A stretch of 59,588 nt of DNA from a virus (taxonomy: Duplodnaviria > Caudoviricetes): positions 1 through 59,588 of IMG/VR virus record IMGVR_UViG_3300035195_000305. One strand, written 5' to 3'. The position numbers and the translations under genes are program-made. Of the stretch, positions 1 through 8,617 are shown piece after piece (the first letter of the stretch is position 1; each line of letters starts with the position of its first letter). The notes below the pieces were generated by a model that was given only the letters and a program-made list of their open reading frames with translations, did not search any database and was not told where the DNA came from.

Positions 1-148
1 GGTTACAGAGGTAAATTTTTTGTGTTTTCTTGGTGTTTTGTTTATGTTTTGGGGGGTTCGTGGGGGTGTTAAGGTGAACCTCTTCACCTCTTAATGATCT
101 TTTTTAGTTCTTTAAGTGGGGGAAGGTGTGCGAGTATTGGGGGAAGGT
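1..148 (+). repeat. Terminal direct repeat, left copy
   Basis: Identical to 59441-59588 except T127 vs G59567. Confidence 0.97.
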
Positions 149-371
149 GTCAAGATCCGGAGACAATAACAACGAACAACGAACGAGAGCAGGGGGGCAG
201 GGGGGCGACTGGTAGAGAGTAAGGGGGCGACCAGTAAAAACGGCAAAAATTCCCCATAAAAAAAATAAAAACGAGAGGGGGGGGGTAAGATTTTGTTTTC
301 GTTTCCTGAGAGGGATGCCGAGCGTATGACCGAGGGGAACCCTCAACCCCCAGACATCTAAAAAAATTTTA

Positions 372-379
372 TATCTTTG
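372..379 (+). promoter_or_regulatory. Bacteroidota sigma70 -7 box TATCTTTG (first rightward promoter)
   Basis: Matches TAnnTTTG; 14 nt before ATG at 394. Confidence 0.7.
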
Positions 380-393
380 TAAAAAATAAAACA

Positions 394-585
394 ATGAAAA
401 CAAAAAAACCATCCATGACAAAATTAGCTGTAAAGGGAGCAAAGAACGCAGCAAAAAATGTTAGAAAAGTTACTAAAATTCAAAAGCTAAATAAAAAAGC
501 AACGACAAACAACAAGACTGGTAAAGTTACTATTGGTAAGACTCCAATAAAACGAATGACAACTATTAAAAAGAAAAAATATTAA
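394..585 (+). CDS. Small Lys-rich hypothetical protein
   Basis: 63-aa ORF after promoter, A-rich leader, very basic. Confidence 0.7.
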   Translation: MKTKKPSMTKLAVKGAKNAAKNVRKVTKIQKLNKKATTNNKTGKVTIGKTPIKRMTTIKKKKY

Positions 586-587
586 TT

Positions 588-818
588 ATGAAAAAAATGA
601 TAAACCCTTTTGAAAAGCCTTCTGGAGCTTCTGACTATGTTGACGGACTTTATGTGAAGGATGGTAGATTAAGAAATGACCGGAGAGACGGAGAGACTGG
701 TATAGCTCAAATGTCTCGTATGAAGACTGCTGCTGATCGTCAGAAAAAAATAAATGAGATCGCTGATGGTATTGAAAGAGCAGAAGATAATAAAAGATTT
801 AGAAATTTAGATTTTTAA
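588..818 (+). CDS. Hypothetical protein
   Basis: 76-aa ORF 2 nt after upstream stop, followed by terminator. Confidence 0.75.
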   Translation: MKKMINPFEKPSGASDYVDGLYVKDGRLRNDRRDGETGIAQMSRMKTAADRQKKINEIADGIERAEDNKRFRNLDF

Positions 819-853
819 AAGACATCCCATTGATGTTCTGTTGTGAGAAAAAG

Positions 854-884
854 GAGGTAAGACATTCAGTCTGCCTCTTTTTTT
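854..884 (+). terminator. Intrinsic terminator
   Basis: GAGGTAAGAC-attca-GTCTGCCTC imperfect stem followed by T7. Confidence 0.7.
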
Positions 885-889
885 ATATC

Positions 890-1090
890 TATATGTTAAT
901 CTTCAACATATTTATGTTATCTTTTTTTTAACTCAACATTTTATAACTTACTGATTTATAATCTATTATATTAAAATATGTTAATATGTTAACTTTAACT
1001 CTATTTTTATTAATAAATAAATAATAATAATAAGAGAATATATATATATATAAATACAAATTTAAAAATAAACATACTGACATATATTAT
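890..1090. other. AT-rich origin-like element A (TATGTT/AACAT repeats around a (TA)n tract)
   Basis: TATGTTAATATGTTAA at 977-992, (TA)n tract, AACAT at 1071, ACATATATTA at 1080; homologous layout at 50717-50910. Confidence 0.5.
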
Positions 1091-1105
1091 CTATATATAT
1101 TTTAT

Positions 1106-1113
1106 TATCTTTG
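1106..1113 (+). promoter_or_regulatory. -7 box TATCTTTG upstream of groEL
   Basis: TAnnTTTG match followed by an AAATT-rich leader. Confidence 0.7.
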
Positions 1114-1145
1114 CATCAAATTAAATTTAATTAAATCACAACAAC

Positions 1146-2795
1146 ATGCAAGATCAAGGGTACATTCCAAAAGACCTGTCATTTGATGACGAGGCAAGAG
1201 AAAAGCTAATATCGGGAATCTCTAAAATTTCAAAAGCAGTTAAGAGTACTCTGGGCCCAAGGGGCAACACAGTTATTATAGAGTCGACTGAACACTTACA
1301 AGGATTAACAATAACTAAGGACGGTGTTACTGTAGCTAAGTCTATTCATCTTGATGATCCTATAGAGAATCTTGCTGTTAGAATGTTAAAGCAAGCTTCT
1401 GAGAAAACCGCTAACGTAGCGGGCGATGGAACAACAACAGCTATTGTGCTTACTGAGGCTTTAGTAAAGGCTGGTCAAAAGTGGATACAGCCACATCACA
1501 ATATATTTGATATTATAAATGGGATACGATATGACTCTGATGTTATTTTAAAGAACATTAAAGAAAGATCTGTTGAGGTTACTGATGATATGTTGGATAG
1601 CATTGCTTCTATATCTGCTAATAATGACAATGACTTAGGTAAAATTATAGCTGAGGCATATAAGAAAGTAGGTAAAGATGGTATAGTTACGGTTGAGAGA
1701 TCTCAAACTGACCAAACTTATTCTGAGGTTACTAATGGTATAAAGATTGATAGAGGATATACCTCTCCAATGTTTATTAATGACCAAAGAAAAGATGAGT
1801 GTATTATGGAGAATGTTAAAGTATTAGTATGTGATACTGAGATTAACAACATACTTCAAATTGAGAATATACTTAAACCGATTATTAATGCTGGAGAAAA
1901 ACTTTTAATTATAGGGAATTGTTCTGGCAATGTAATAAATACATTGGCTGCTAACGTACAGCGTAATGGATTAAAGTTCTGTAATATTTTACCTCCTTCA
2001 TTTGGTTATAAAACTCACGAGCTTATGCAAGATATTTCGTTTGCAACTGGAGCTAAATACTTTTCTGAGAAAACTGGGGATGACTTATCTATTATAACTA
2101 TGGCTGACTTAGGTCATGCTGATAAAATAATGGTAGGCAAATCATCTACTGTTATTGTTAAAGGTGGAAATATTAGCGAAGAAACTAAAGCAAGAGTAGA
2201 AGAGCTTAAAGAGCAGCAAAAAAGTTTAAAGGCTAAACATGAGCGTGACTTTATTAATGAGCGTATAGCGTCTTTAGTTGGAGGGATAGCTTGTATATAT
2301 GTAGGGGCTAATTCTGATATAGAGCAAAAAGAAAAATTCGACAGAGTCGATGACTCTGTCTGTGCAGTGCGTTCCGCACTACAGGAAGGGATAGTTCCTG
2401 GTGGAGGATTGTTATTATATGATTTTGCAAGACACTTTGGATGCAGTTGTGAAGATAACGCTCACGAGATGATAGACGAGGATATAGCCGGAGAGATGAT
2501 GTTAAGAGAGGCTTTAAGAGCACCGCTACAGCAAATACTTGCTAATGCTGGTCTGGATGAAAAAGAAATCATGTCAGAGATATATACGCCAGAGATGTTG
2601 GGTACAGCAGACGAAGAGCCTGAGCAACCAATAAATAATAGGGGTTATGATGTAGTTGGAAAAGAATATGGAGATATGTTTGAGATGGGTATAGTAGATC
2701 CTGCTAAAGTAACTAAAGAAGCATTGTTAAATGCTATTAGTGTTGCTACGACTATACTTACTACTAATGCTATTGTAACGCATAAAAGAGCGTGA
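1146..2795 (+). CDS. groEL: Chaperonin GroEL (Cpn60)
   Basis: TLGPRG, ITKDGVTVAK, GDGTTT, EGIVPGGG and GIVDPAKVT motifs; no C-terminal GGM tail. Confidence 0.98.
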   Translation: MQDQGYIPKDLSFDDEAREKLISGISKISKAVKSTLGPRGNTVIIESTEHLQGLTITKDGVTVAKSIHLDDPIENLAVRMLKQASEKTANVAGDGTTTAIVLTEALVKAGQKWIQPHHNIFDIINGIRYDSDVILKNIKERSVEVTDDMLDSIASISANNDNDLGKIIAEAYKKVGKDGIVTVERSQTDQTYSEVTNGIKIDRGYTSPMFINDQRKDECIMENVKVLVCDTEINNILQIENILKPIINAGEKLLIIGNCSGNVINTLAANVQRNGLKFCNILPPSFGYKTHELMQDISFATGAKYFSEKTGDDLSIITMADLGHADKIMVGKSSTVIVKGGNISEETKARVEELKEQQKSLKAKHERDFINERIASLVGGIACIYVGANSDIEQKEKFDRVDDSVCAVRSALQEGIVPGGGLLLYDFARHFGCSCEDNAHEMIDEDIAGEMMLREALRAPLQQILANAGLDEKEIMSEIYTPEMLGTADEEPEQPINNRGYDVVGKEYGDMFEMGIVDPAKVTKEALLNAISVATTILTTNAIVTHKRA

Positions 2796-2864
2796 AACGG
2801 TTCTTAAGATGGTTATTTAAAACAGAAGAGCCTAATAAAAAACTTTTAGAAAACATAAAACAAT

Positions 2865-3122
2865 ATGAAACCAATAGGAAAATACATCGTAATAAATAAA
2901 ATAAACGAAGAGTTAAAGACAGAGTCTGGACTTTTACTATCAGCTCAAGACGCTTCAGACTTTAGATATCGTAAAGGAGAAGTTGTAAAGGCTGGTACAG
3001 ATGTTAATGTTATTAACGAAGGTGATCTTATTTATTATGATAAGTCAGCAGGACACGAAATGTTAATTGAAGATAATCCTTATACGGTTATTACTGAGAG
3101 AGATGTCGTTGTTGTTTTATAA
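2865..3122 (+). CDS. groES: Co-chaperonin GroES (Cpn10)
   Basis: MKPIGKYIVI...KTESGLLL...GEVVKAG...EGD...ERDVV; adjacent to GroEL. Confidence 0.93.
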   Translation: MKPIGKYIVINKINEELKTESGLLLSAQDASDFRYRKGEVVKAGTDVNVINEGDLIYYDKSAGHEMLIEDNPYTVITERDVVVVL

Positions 3123-3561
3123 ACTGATTCATTTCTATAATCATATTTCTATAAACCTTATCTGTATAAGAAGCATCGTATCTAAATAAAGGGTTAGTCT
3201 TAGGGCTTTCTCCTATCTCTTCTCCATTTAACTTTTTATATATAGTGTTTATCATACGCTTACCTTTATAAGAAAGCTCGTACAAAGCAGCCTCTCCATT
3301 TTCTTTTTTACGCCATATATGAATCCATTCTTGATTTAAAAGTCTGTAAAATCTGGGTTCGTCCCAAGACATACATTCTTCAAATTCTTTAAACTTTGTT
3401 TTATTAAATAGTTGCTCACTATAAAGGAATAAAAGCATCTCTATATCGGGAGTTCCGACTTTGTATTTGGCTTTAGCCCAATACCTTATCACCCTCCAGT
3501 ACTTCATGTAGTCATGAGAGGGTTGAACCCTGTCGTAGTTTTTTCTTACTATATTTGACAT
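3091..3561 (-). CDS. Hypothetical protein, possible winged-helix (MarR-like) DNA-binding protein
   Basis: 156-aa ORF against the block orientation; 'FYRLLNQEWI...LYELSYKGKRMI' resembles a wHTH wing. Confidence 0.55.
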   Translation of the reverse strand: MSNIVRKNYDRVQPSHDYMKYWRVIRYWAKAKYKVGTPDIEMLLFLYSEQLFNKTKFKEFEECMSWDEPRFYRLLNQEWIHIWRKKENGEAALYELSYKGKRMINTIYKKLNGEEIGESPKTNPLFRYDASYTDKVYRNMIIEMNQFIKQQRHLSQ

Positions 3562-3574
3562 TCAATTAAATTTG

Positions 3575-3582
3575 TATCTTTG
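3575..3582 (+). promoter_or_regulatory. -7 box TATCTTTG
   Basis: TAnnTTTG in a 43-bp divergent intergenic gap. Confidence 0.65.
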
Positions 3583-3604
3583 CAAGAACAAAACTAATAA
3601 AATT

Positions 3605-3916
3605 ATGCCAACTGTAACTCTGCCTAACGGTAAAAAAAGAACATTCGCTTACAATGCGGTAGGAAAAGCTCAAGCATCTTCTTACGCTAATATGAATGGA
3701 GGGAAACTAAAAATGAACCCTAATTATGGAGATGAAAAATCAACCGAGACTGGAACTAAAATGAAAGTAGAAAAGAAACAAAAGATTGATTTCGATACTA
3801 CTGATAAAAATAAGGGGCCTAAAGGTCCATCAGCAGAACTTCAAAAAGCACAAATGGTTGGCTCATTAGGTAGTATGGTGGGACAGGCAATAGGTGCTTT
3901 AGGGGGAAAAAAATAA
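3605..3916 (+). CDS. Basic hypothetical protein with C-terminal glycine-zipper-like segment
   Basis: ATG at 3605 preferred over TTG at 3572, which overlaps the promoter; ends MVGSLGSMVGQAIGALGGKK. Confidence 0.7.
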   Translation: MPTVTLPNGKKRTFAYNAVGKAQASSYANMNGGKLKMNPNYGDEKSTETGTKMKVEKKQKIDFDTTDKNKGPKGPSAELQKAQMVGSLGSMVGQAIGALGGKK

Positions 3917-3921
3917 TAATT

Positions 3922-4686
3922 ATGGCAAAGAAAACAAAAACATTAGGGGTATCAGTTAAACTTTCTGACAAGACTAAGGATGCGATTAACAAATTTAATG
4001 CAATAAAAGCAAGCAATAAAGTCAATAAAGATTTAAGTATTTCTACGAAAAAAGGAACTCCTAATAATGAGCCCGGGGGAGATGATACAAAGAAGAATAG
4101 TCCTGGAGGAAATAAAAAAAGAGTTAAAGCAAACACTCCTCCTTCTGTTGATATGGAGAGATACCAGAAAAAACAAGGAAGGAAAGCAAGAATAAATAAA
4201 AGAAAGCTCAAGAAAGACATTAAAGAAGATAAGAAGTTTATTAAAAAACTAAGTAAAAATTCAAGTAAAACAGCTAAGACTGCAGCTATTGTTGAAAAAA
4301 GAAACGAAAGAACAAAAAAGAGAGGAGAGAAGACTGCAGCCAGAATGGAGAAAAAGGCTCAAAAAAATACTGGCAAGTTATTTAAGTTAAAAGAAAGAAT
4401 TAAAAATGCTTCCCCTGAAGACAAGGAAAAATTAAAAAATACTTTAAAAAATCTAACTACCAAAGGAGCGAACATACAGGAAAAAGCAAAAAAGAAAGCG
4501 AAGCTTGTTGACACAAAAATAGAATACAGATCAACAAGAGCTAAAAGCAGAGCGGAAAAGAGAGCCTCAGGAACACAGTCAAGATATGACAAAGGAAATG
4601 CTCGAAGAAAGAAAAACAGACAAAAAGCTTTAGATAGACAAAACTCTGAAGCTGGAGGAATTCGAATTGGAAAAGAATGGAATTAG
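3922..4686 (+). CDS. Highly Lys/Arg-rich low-complexity protein (histone H1-like composition)
   Basis: 254-aa ORF dominated by K/A/R. Confidence 0.75.
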   Translation: MAKKTKTLGVSVKLSDKTKDAINKFNAIKASNKVNKDLSISTKKGTPNNEPGGDDTKKNSPGGNKKRVKANTPPSVDMERYQKKQGRKARINKRKLKKDIKEDKKFIKKLSKNSSKTAKTAAIVEKRNERTKKRGEKTAARMEKKAQKNTGKLFKLKERIKNASPEDKEKLKNTLKNLTTKGANIQEKAKKKAKLVDTKIEYRSTRAKSRAEKRASGTQSRYDKGNARRKKNRQKALDRQNSEAGGIRIGKEWN

Positions 4687-4701
4687 ATAAATAAATATTA
4701 T

Positions 4702-4709
4702 TATCTTTG
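4702..4709 (+). promoter_or_regulatory. -7 box TATCTTTG
   Basis: TAnnTTTG in intergenic gap. Confidence 0.65.
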
Positions 4710-4734
4710 TAAATAAATAAACAAATAAATTATT

Positions 4735-4953
4735 ATGTACGGAAAATCAAAAAAACAAGGTTACAACTCAAGACTTGATGAGTCATTGGGAGCTAAGAAC
4801 GGAAAGAAATCTCAATCTATGAAATCAAGAAGAGACGAATCTAAAGCAATGTCTAAAAAAGATTACGGTCATGCGTATGGTGGAGATCACAATATGTCTT
4901 ACGAATGTATCAACAACGTAAAGAAAAAGATCGGATCTGCAATACGTAAGTAA
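4735..4953 (+). CDS. Small basic hypothetical protein
   Basis: 72 aa; TAATG coupling to next gene. Confidence 0.75.
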   Translation: MYGKSKKQGYNSRLDESLGAKNGKKSQSMKSRRDESKAMSKKDYGHAYGGDHNMSYECINNVKKKIGSAIRK

Positions 4954-5153
4954 TGGCTGGTAGAACTAAAAAGAAAAAATTTCCAGCGATTAAAAAATCA
5001 AACGAAGGAGATTTTACCAAGTGGGCAATGAATAACGGATTCAAAGATGCGTGTAGTGGAGCCTCTGCTGTAATGAAGAATACTAAAGAGTATTCTCCTA
5101 AAGTGGTAAAGATGGCTAACTACGCTAACAACTTTGGATGTAAAGCAAAATAA
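4953..5153 (+). CDS. Small basic hypothetical protein
   Basis: 66 aa; translationally coupled. Confidence 0.75.
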   Translation: MAGRTKKKKFPAIKKSNEGDFTKWAMNNGFKDACSGASAVMKNTKEYSPKVVKMANYANNFGCKAK

Positions 5154-5154
5154 A

Positions 5155-5253
5155 ATGATTAAAGCAATTAAATGTAAGTGGAATTGGTTATTAAGTATGT
5201 TATTATTTAGTGCAGAAGAATGCCCTTATAAAACATGTACTTGTAAAAAATAA
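5155..5253 (+). CDS. 32-aa Cys-containing peptide (not in ORF track)
   Basis: MIKAIKCKWNWLLSMLLFSAEECPYKTCTCKK fills the gap exactly between neighbours. Confidence 0.55.
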   Translation: MIKAIKCKWNWLLSMLLFSAEECPYKTCTCKK

Positions 5254-5255
5254 TT

Positions 5256-5435
5256 ATGAAAAGAACTCCAGTAAGTCAAATTAAATCAAGAGGATTCGGA
5301 GATAGTATAGAAAAATTTACTAAATCAACAGGAATAAAAAAAGTAGTTGATACTGTAGCTAAGGCAACAGGAAAGGACTGCGGATGTGGAAAACGAAGAG
5401 ACGCTTTAAATAGAGCGTTTCCTTATAATAAATAA
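5256..5435 (+). CDS. 59-aa phage protein with CGC motif (not in ORF track)
   Basis: MKRTPVSQIKSRGFGDSIEKFTKSTGIKKVVDTVAKATGKDCGCGKRRDALNRAFPYNK; fills gap; pattern I recall from other Bacteroidota-type phages. Confidence 0.75.
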   Translation: MKRTPVSQIKSRGFGDSIEKFTKSTGIKKVVDTVAKATGKDCGCGKRRDALNRAFPYNK

Positions 5436-5441
5436 AAAAAA

Positions 5442-5957
5442 ATGGCATATCAAAAACTACAAGTAAGTCTTAGCTTACCAATAATACCAAGTGACTCTGT
5501 TAGAATACCTAATCCAGATACATTAGTAACTTCAAACACAGACGGAAACGGGGCAGTTTCAGGAACTTTTTCTTCAGCTGCATCTACTTTTATAACAGAT
5601 AGAGTTATACCAGGGGCAATCATATACGCTACAACTAAAGCTTATGAAGTTTTATCTGTAGATAGTGAAACATCTTTAACCGTAACTGTTGCTGATGGAG
5701 CTTTACCAGCAGGAGCTACAGTGTTTCAAATATATAATGAGGCTACTCCTGGTTGCATTTTATTTGTAGGAATTGCGGGTAATGTTTCTATGCAGTTAGC
5801 CCAGCAAAACGGACAGCAAAAAATTGAGTACTTATTTAAAAATATAGCAGACGCATCTTTTTTACCTACTCAAGTAGTAAGAGTTGGTAGTGGCCTTGGT
5901 ACAGGTGCAGGAGGTCAAGCAACAACTACAGCTGAGAACATTATAGGACTCTGGTAA
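5442..5957 (+). CDS. Putative virion structural/decoration protein
   Basis: 171 aa, Thr/Gly/Ala-rich beta-type composition. Confidence 0.6.
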   Translation: MAYQKLQVSLSLPIIPSDSVRIPNPDTLVTSNTDGNGAVSGTFSSAASTFITDRVIPGAIIYATTKAYEVLSVDSETSLTVTVADGALPAGATVFQIYNEATPGCILFVGIAGNVSMQLAQQNGQQKIEYLFKNIADASFLPTQVVRVGSGLGTGAGGQATTTAENIIGLW

Positions 5958-5958
5958 T

Positions 5959-6744
5959 ATGGCTACAGGAATAGGAGCAGGCATAAGTCCTGTATTTGAT
6001 TTAAAACCTGGAACACCAGCCCCAGCTCCAGCATGTACTACTGATTATTCATTGGCTTTTGATGGCCTTACAGAGTACGGGGATATAACATCTGGAGGGC
6101 CTGTTTTAGGCACAAATGGGTCTGGGAGTTTTACTATTACACTCTGGCTAAAGGCAGTTACAGGAGGTTCTTTTTGGATAATAAATGCTGCTGGAGCTAC
6201 TGGTTCTTTGCAAGGAAATTACGCTCTTAGAGTTCTTCCAAATTCGGTTTTAAGTTTTAGAAGTGCAGGTGGTACTGGAGTTTCTGGTAATGTAAACGTA
6301 GGAGGAGTTTCAATATCAAATAATACTTGGGAGTTAGTTTCTTTAGTGATAGATACGCCTAACAAAACTGGTGTATTTTATAATAACATTACTCCTGGAC
6401 CTGTTTCTAATCTGGGACTAAGAGATGTTATATTTGTAGCAAACCCTGATTGGGAGCTTGGAAGATCCTCCGTTGGAGGCTACCTGAAAGGTAATATTTG
6501 TCATTTCGCAATTTGGAATGATGCCCTGACTGCATCTCAGATAGGTGAACTTTATGGCAATACTGGAGCAAAATGTTATGCTTCTGATTTTTCTTTTTCT
6601 TCTAAACTACAAAATTATTACCCTACGTTTAATCCGACAGGAACTTATACAGATCCTTTAACTGATATTGTATCGGGATTAAATATTAAGTTAGTCAATA
6701 TGTCTGCAACTAATGTATCAACTGATCATCCATCACAATTATAA
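5959..6744 (+). CDS. LamG / concanavalin A-like lectin domain protein
   Basis: YSLAFDG...FTITLWLK...GNICHFAIWNDALTASQIGELY pattern of Laminin_G_3. Confidence 0.85.
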   Translation: MATGIGAGISPVFDLKPGTPAPAPACTTDYSLAFDGLTEYGDITSGGPVLGTNGSGSFTITLWLKAVTGGSFWIINAAGATGSLQGNYALRVLPNSVLSFRSAGGTGVSGNVNVGGVSISNNTWELVSLVIDTPNKTGVFYNNITPGPVSNLGLRDVIFVANPDWELGRSSVGGYLKGNICHFAIWNDALTASQIGELYGNTGAKCYASDFSFSSKLQNYYPTFNPTGTYTDPLTDIVSGLNIKLVNMSATNVSTDHPSQL

Positions 6745-6746
6745 TT

Positions 6747-7031
6747 ATGGCAAGAAATTTAAGTTATTTACAAATAAGTCAAGCTAACCTAAGAGTTGGG
6801 TTTGATTTTTCATGGGTATTAGAAGATAGCTGGGACACAGCAAGGTGGAGTAATGATACGTCTACAGCTATAGTTCATTGGGATGGCACTATAAATAGAG
6901 ATATGAGTGCATGGATGACAGCTCAAAGAATTAGACCTACTGATATTAGAACGCAAACACAAGAATTAAATGATGTAGATAATACAAGTAGAAGCGCTTG
7001 GGATAGGCAGCCAGCTCCACCAAGACAATAA
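6747..7031 (+). CDS. Hypothetical protein
   Basis: 94 aa, 2 nt after LamG gene. Confidence 0.7.
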   Translation: MARNLSYLQISQANLRVGFDFSWVLEDSWDTARWSNDTSTAIVHWDGTINRDMSAWMTAQRIRPTDIRTQTQELNDVDNTSRSAWDRQPAPPRQ

Positions 7032-7042
7032 AAAATAAAACT

Positions 7043-7438
7043 ATGCCAGATAATAAAAAAACAAACGCTGTTAAGCTTACTACTGTAGAAAAAAATAAAG
7101 CTCTTATGGCAAAGTATAAGAGGGAAAGAAATAATAAGACTAAAACCAAGAGTTCTAAAAGTAATCGTACTGCACTTAAGAATAAAAAAAGAATGGTTGA
7201 TAAGTGGGGTAATCCTACAAAACACAATAAAGCTACTAATCCTAATTTAGCTCTTGTTAAAAAGACTGGTAATCAAGTATTAGCAGGGAAGGATCCTATT
7301 AGTAAAGTATTCAGTATAGTTGCTGGAGGTGCTTTAACAGGGGGATTGTCTGCTGCAGCAAAAGCAAAAGGATTAATCAAGACTGCTAAAACAATTAAAG
7401 CTGCAGGTAAACTTAAGAAAGCAAACTCATTAGGATAA
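7043..7438 (+). CDS. Basic protein with C-terminal Gly/Ala hydrophobic helix
   Basis: 131 aa; VFSIVAGGALTGGLSAAA. Confidence 0.7.
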   Translation: MPDNKKTNAVKLTTVEKNKALMAKYKRERNNKTKTKSSKSNRTALKNKKRMVDKWGNPTKHNKATNPNLALVKKTGNQVLAGKDPISKVFSIVAGGALTGGLSAAAKAKGLIKTAKTIKAAGKLKKANSLG

Positions 7439-7452
7439 ATTCATATAAAACT

Positions 7453-7710
7453 ATGCCAGCAAACGGAAACAATAAAACTAATAAGAAGCACCGTAATAAG
7501 AATAAGAATAAAAGCAGAGTAAAAAATGCTGCAAAAACTGCTCTTAAATTCGTAAAGCCTCTTGCTAAGGGTGTGTTAAAAAGAGGGTTAGGAGTTGCGG
7601 GATTGGTTTTAGGAGCAACTAAGACAGCAACTGCAGATACAGTTAATACTGTAAAGGATGGGGTTACAACAAACAAGTATACCGGTAAAAAATCTAAGTC
7701 TTTATTCTAA
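7453..7710 (+). CDS. Basic protein with amphipathic Gly-rich helix
   Basis: 85 aa; shares ATAAAACTATGCCAG start context with the 7043 gene. Confidence 0.7.
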   Translation: MPANGNNKTNKKHRNKNKNKSRVKNAAKTALKFVKPLAKGVLKRGLGVAGLVLGATKTATADTVNTVKDGVTTNKYTGKKSKSLF

Positions 7711-7721
7711 AATAAATTTTA

Positions 7722-7729
7722 TATCTTTG
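7722..7729 (+). promoter_or_regulatory. -7 box TATCTTTG upstream of lysis genes
   Basis: TAnnTTTG match. Confidence 0.65.
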
Positions 7730-7807
7730 CGAAATGAATTGGATACAAACATCAACCTCAACAGGAAAAATAGTGTACGTAAAAACATGTACTTATAATT
7801 TAAAAAA

Positions 7808-7963
7808 ATGAATGTAGAAATGAAAGATACGGTAGAAGTAGTAGTTGCCAATGGGGGAGCTTTAGGATTAACATTAATGCAAGCTAACGAAATACTTCAG
7901 TTTGTTTCCCTTTCACTTGCTATAGCATTTACAATTTATAAGTTTATAAAAAAGAAAAAGTAA
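7808..7963 (+). CDS. Putative holin (51 aa, not in ORF track)
   Basis: MNVEMKDTVEVVVANGGALGLTLMQANEILQFVSLSLAIAFTIYKFIKKKK: hydrophobic helices plus basic tail, 2 nt before endolysin. Confidence 0.65.
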   Translation: MNVEMKDTVEVVVANGGALGLTLMQANEILQFVSLSLAIAFTIYKFIKKKK

Positions 7964-7965
7964 TT

Positions 7966-8334
7966 ATGAAATATTTTACCCACAGCGAGTTTGACTCTCC
8001 TGATGAACCTGGTTCAGGGAAAAATATGAGACATGACTTTTTAGAAATGTTAGATTTTGCAAGAGAAGAATCTGGCATACCCTTTAAGATAACATCAGGA
8101 TTCAGAACACAAGCATACAATAAAGATTTAATAAAAAGAGGATATCAAGCAAGTCCTAATAGTGCGCATTTAAAAGGATGTGCTGCTGATATTGCTTGTG
8201 GAAACTCAGCAAAAAGATCTATAATGGTTAGAGCATTAGTTAATGTCGGGTTCACTCGTTTGGGGATTTCAAAGACCTTCATACATGTGGACAACGATCA
8301 GGCTAAATCTGATGCAATTTGGTTATACTCATAA
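7966..8334 (+). CDS. Endolysin, peptidase M15 family
   Basis: FKITSGFR...SAHLKGCAADI...FIHVD Zn-binding motifs. Confidence 0.92.
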   Translation: MKYFTHSEFDSPDEPGSGKNMRHDFLEMLDFAREESGIPFKITSGFRTQAYNKDLIKRGYQASPNSAHLKGCAADIACGNSAKRSIMVRALVNVGFTRLGISKTFIHVDNDQAKSDAIWLYS

Positions 8335-8489
8335 TGGCAAAAAAAGGAAGAACAGGGGAAAAAGTATGTTGGGAATACGGTAAAGGAAAATACTGCGGCA
8401 CACTAATACCAAGTAAAGAAACTAAAACTCACAGATACGCAAGAACAGAAAACGGAAAGATTAAGTCTTTACCTAAAAATAAAAAATAA
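8334..8489 (+). CDS. 51-aa basic protein (not in ORF track)
   Basis: MAKKGRTGEKVCWEYGKGKYCG...; TAATG overlaps at both ends. Confidence 0.7.
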   Translation: MAKKGRTGEKVCWEYGKGKYCGTLIPSKETKTHRYARTENGKIKSLPKNKK

Positions 8490-8617
8490 TGGCTAAGAAA
8501 TTCAAAATACATAATATGTATAGTAAGACTGGAATTAAGAAAGTTGCTAAAACTATGAAAGACCATTTAGCTTTAAAGAAAAAAGGTTACAATCATACTC
8601 CAAAGAAAAAGAAGTAA
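8489..8617 (+). CDS. 42-aa basic protein (not in ORF track)
   Basis: MAKKFKIHNMYSKTGIKKVAKTMKDHLALKKKGYNHTPKKKK; TAATG overlaps at both ends. Confidence 0.7.
   Translation: MAKKFKIHNMYSKTGIKKVAKTMKDHLALKKKGYNHTPKKKK

Noticed and set aside
104-454. 116-aa minus-strand ORF in the terminal region
   Set aside because: TTG start, antisense to a real gene and promoter; the translation reflects G-run and A-run composition
3819-4592. Hydrophobic Phe/Leu-rich minus-strand ORFs (also 6923-7227, 7413-7676, 9481-9819 and similar)
   Set aside because: Shadow frames of Lys-rich + strand genes (AAA read as TTT); no independent start context
8000-8040. CTGATGA-ACCTGGTTCAGG-GAAA in the endolysin gene resembling a third hammerhead core
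   Set aside because: Extra base before stem II, no stem III or stem I pairing and no UH site; explained by codons for PDEPGSGK
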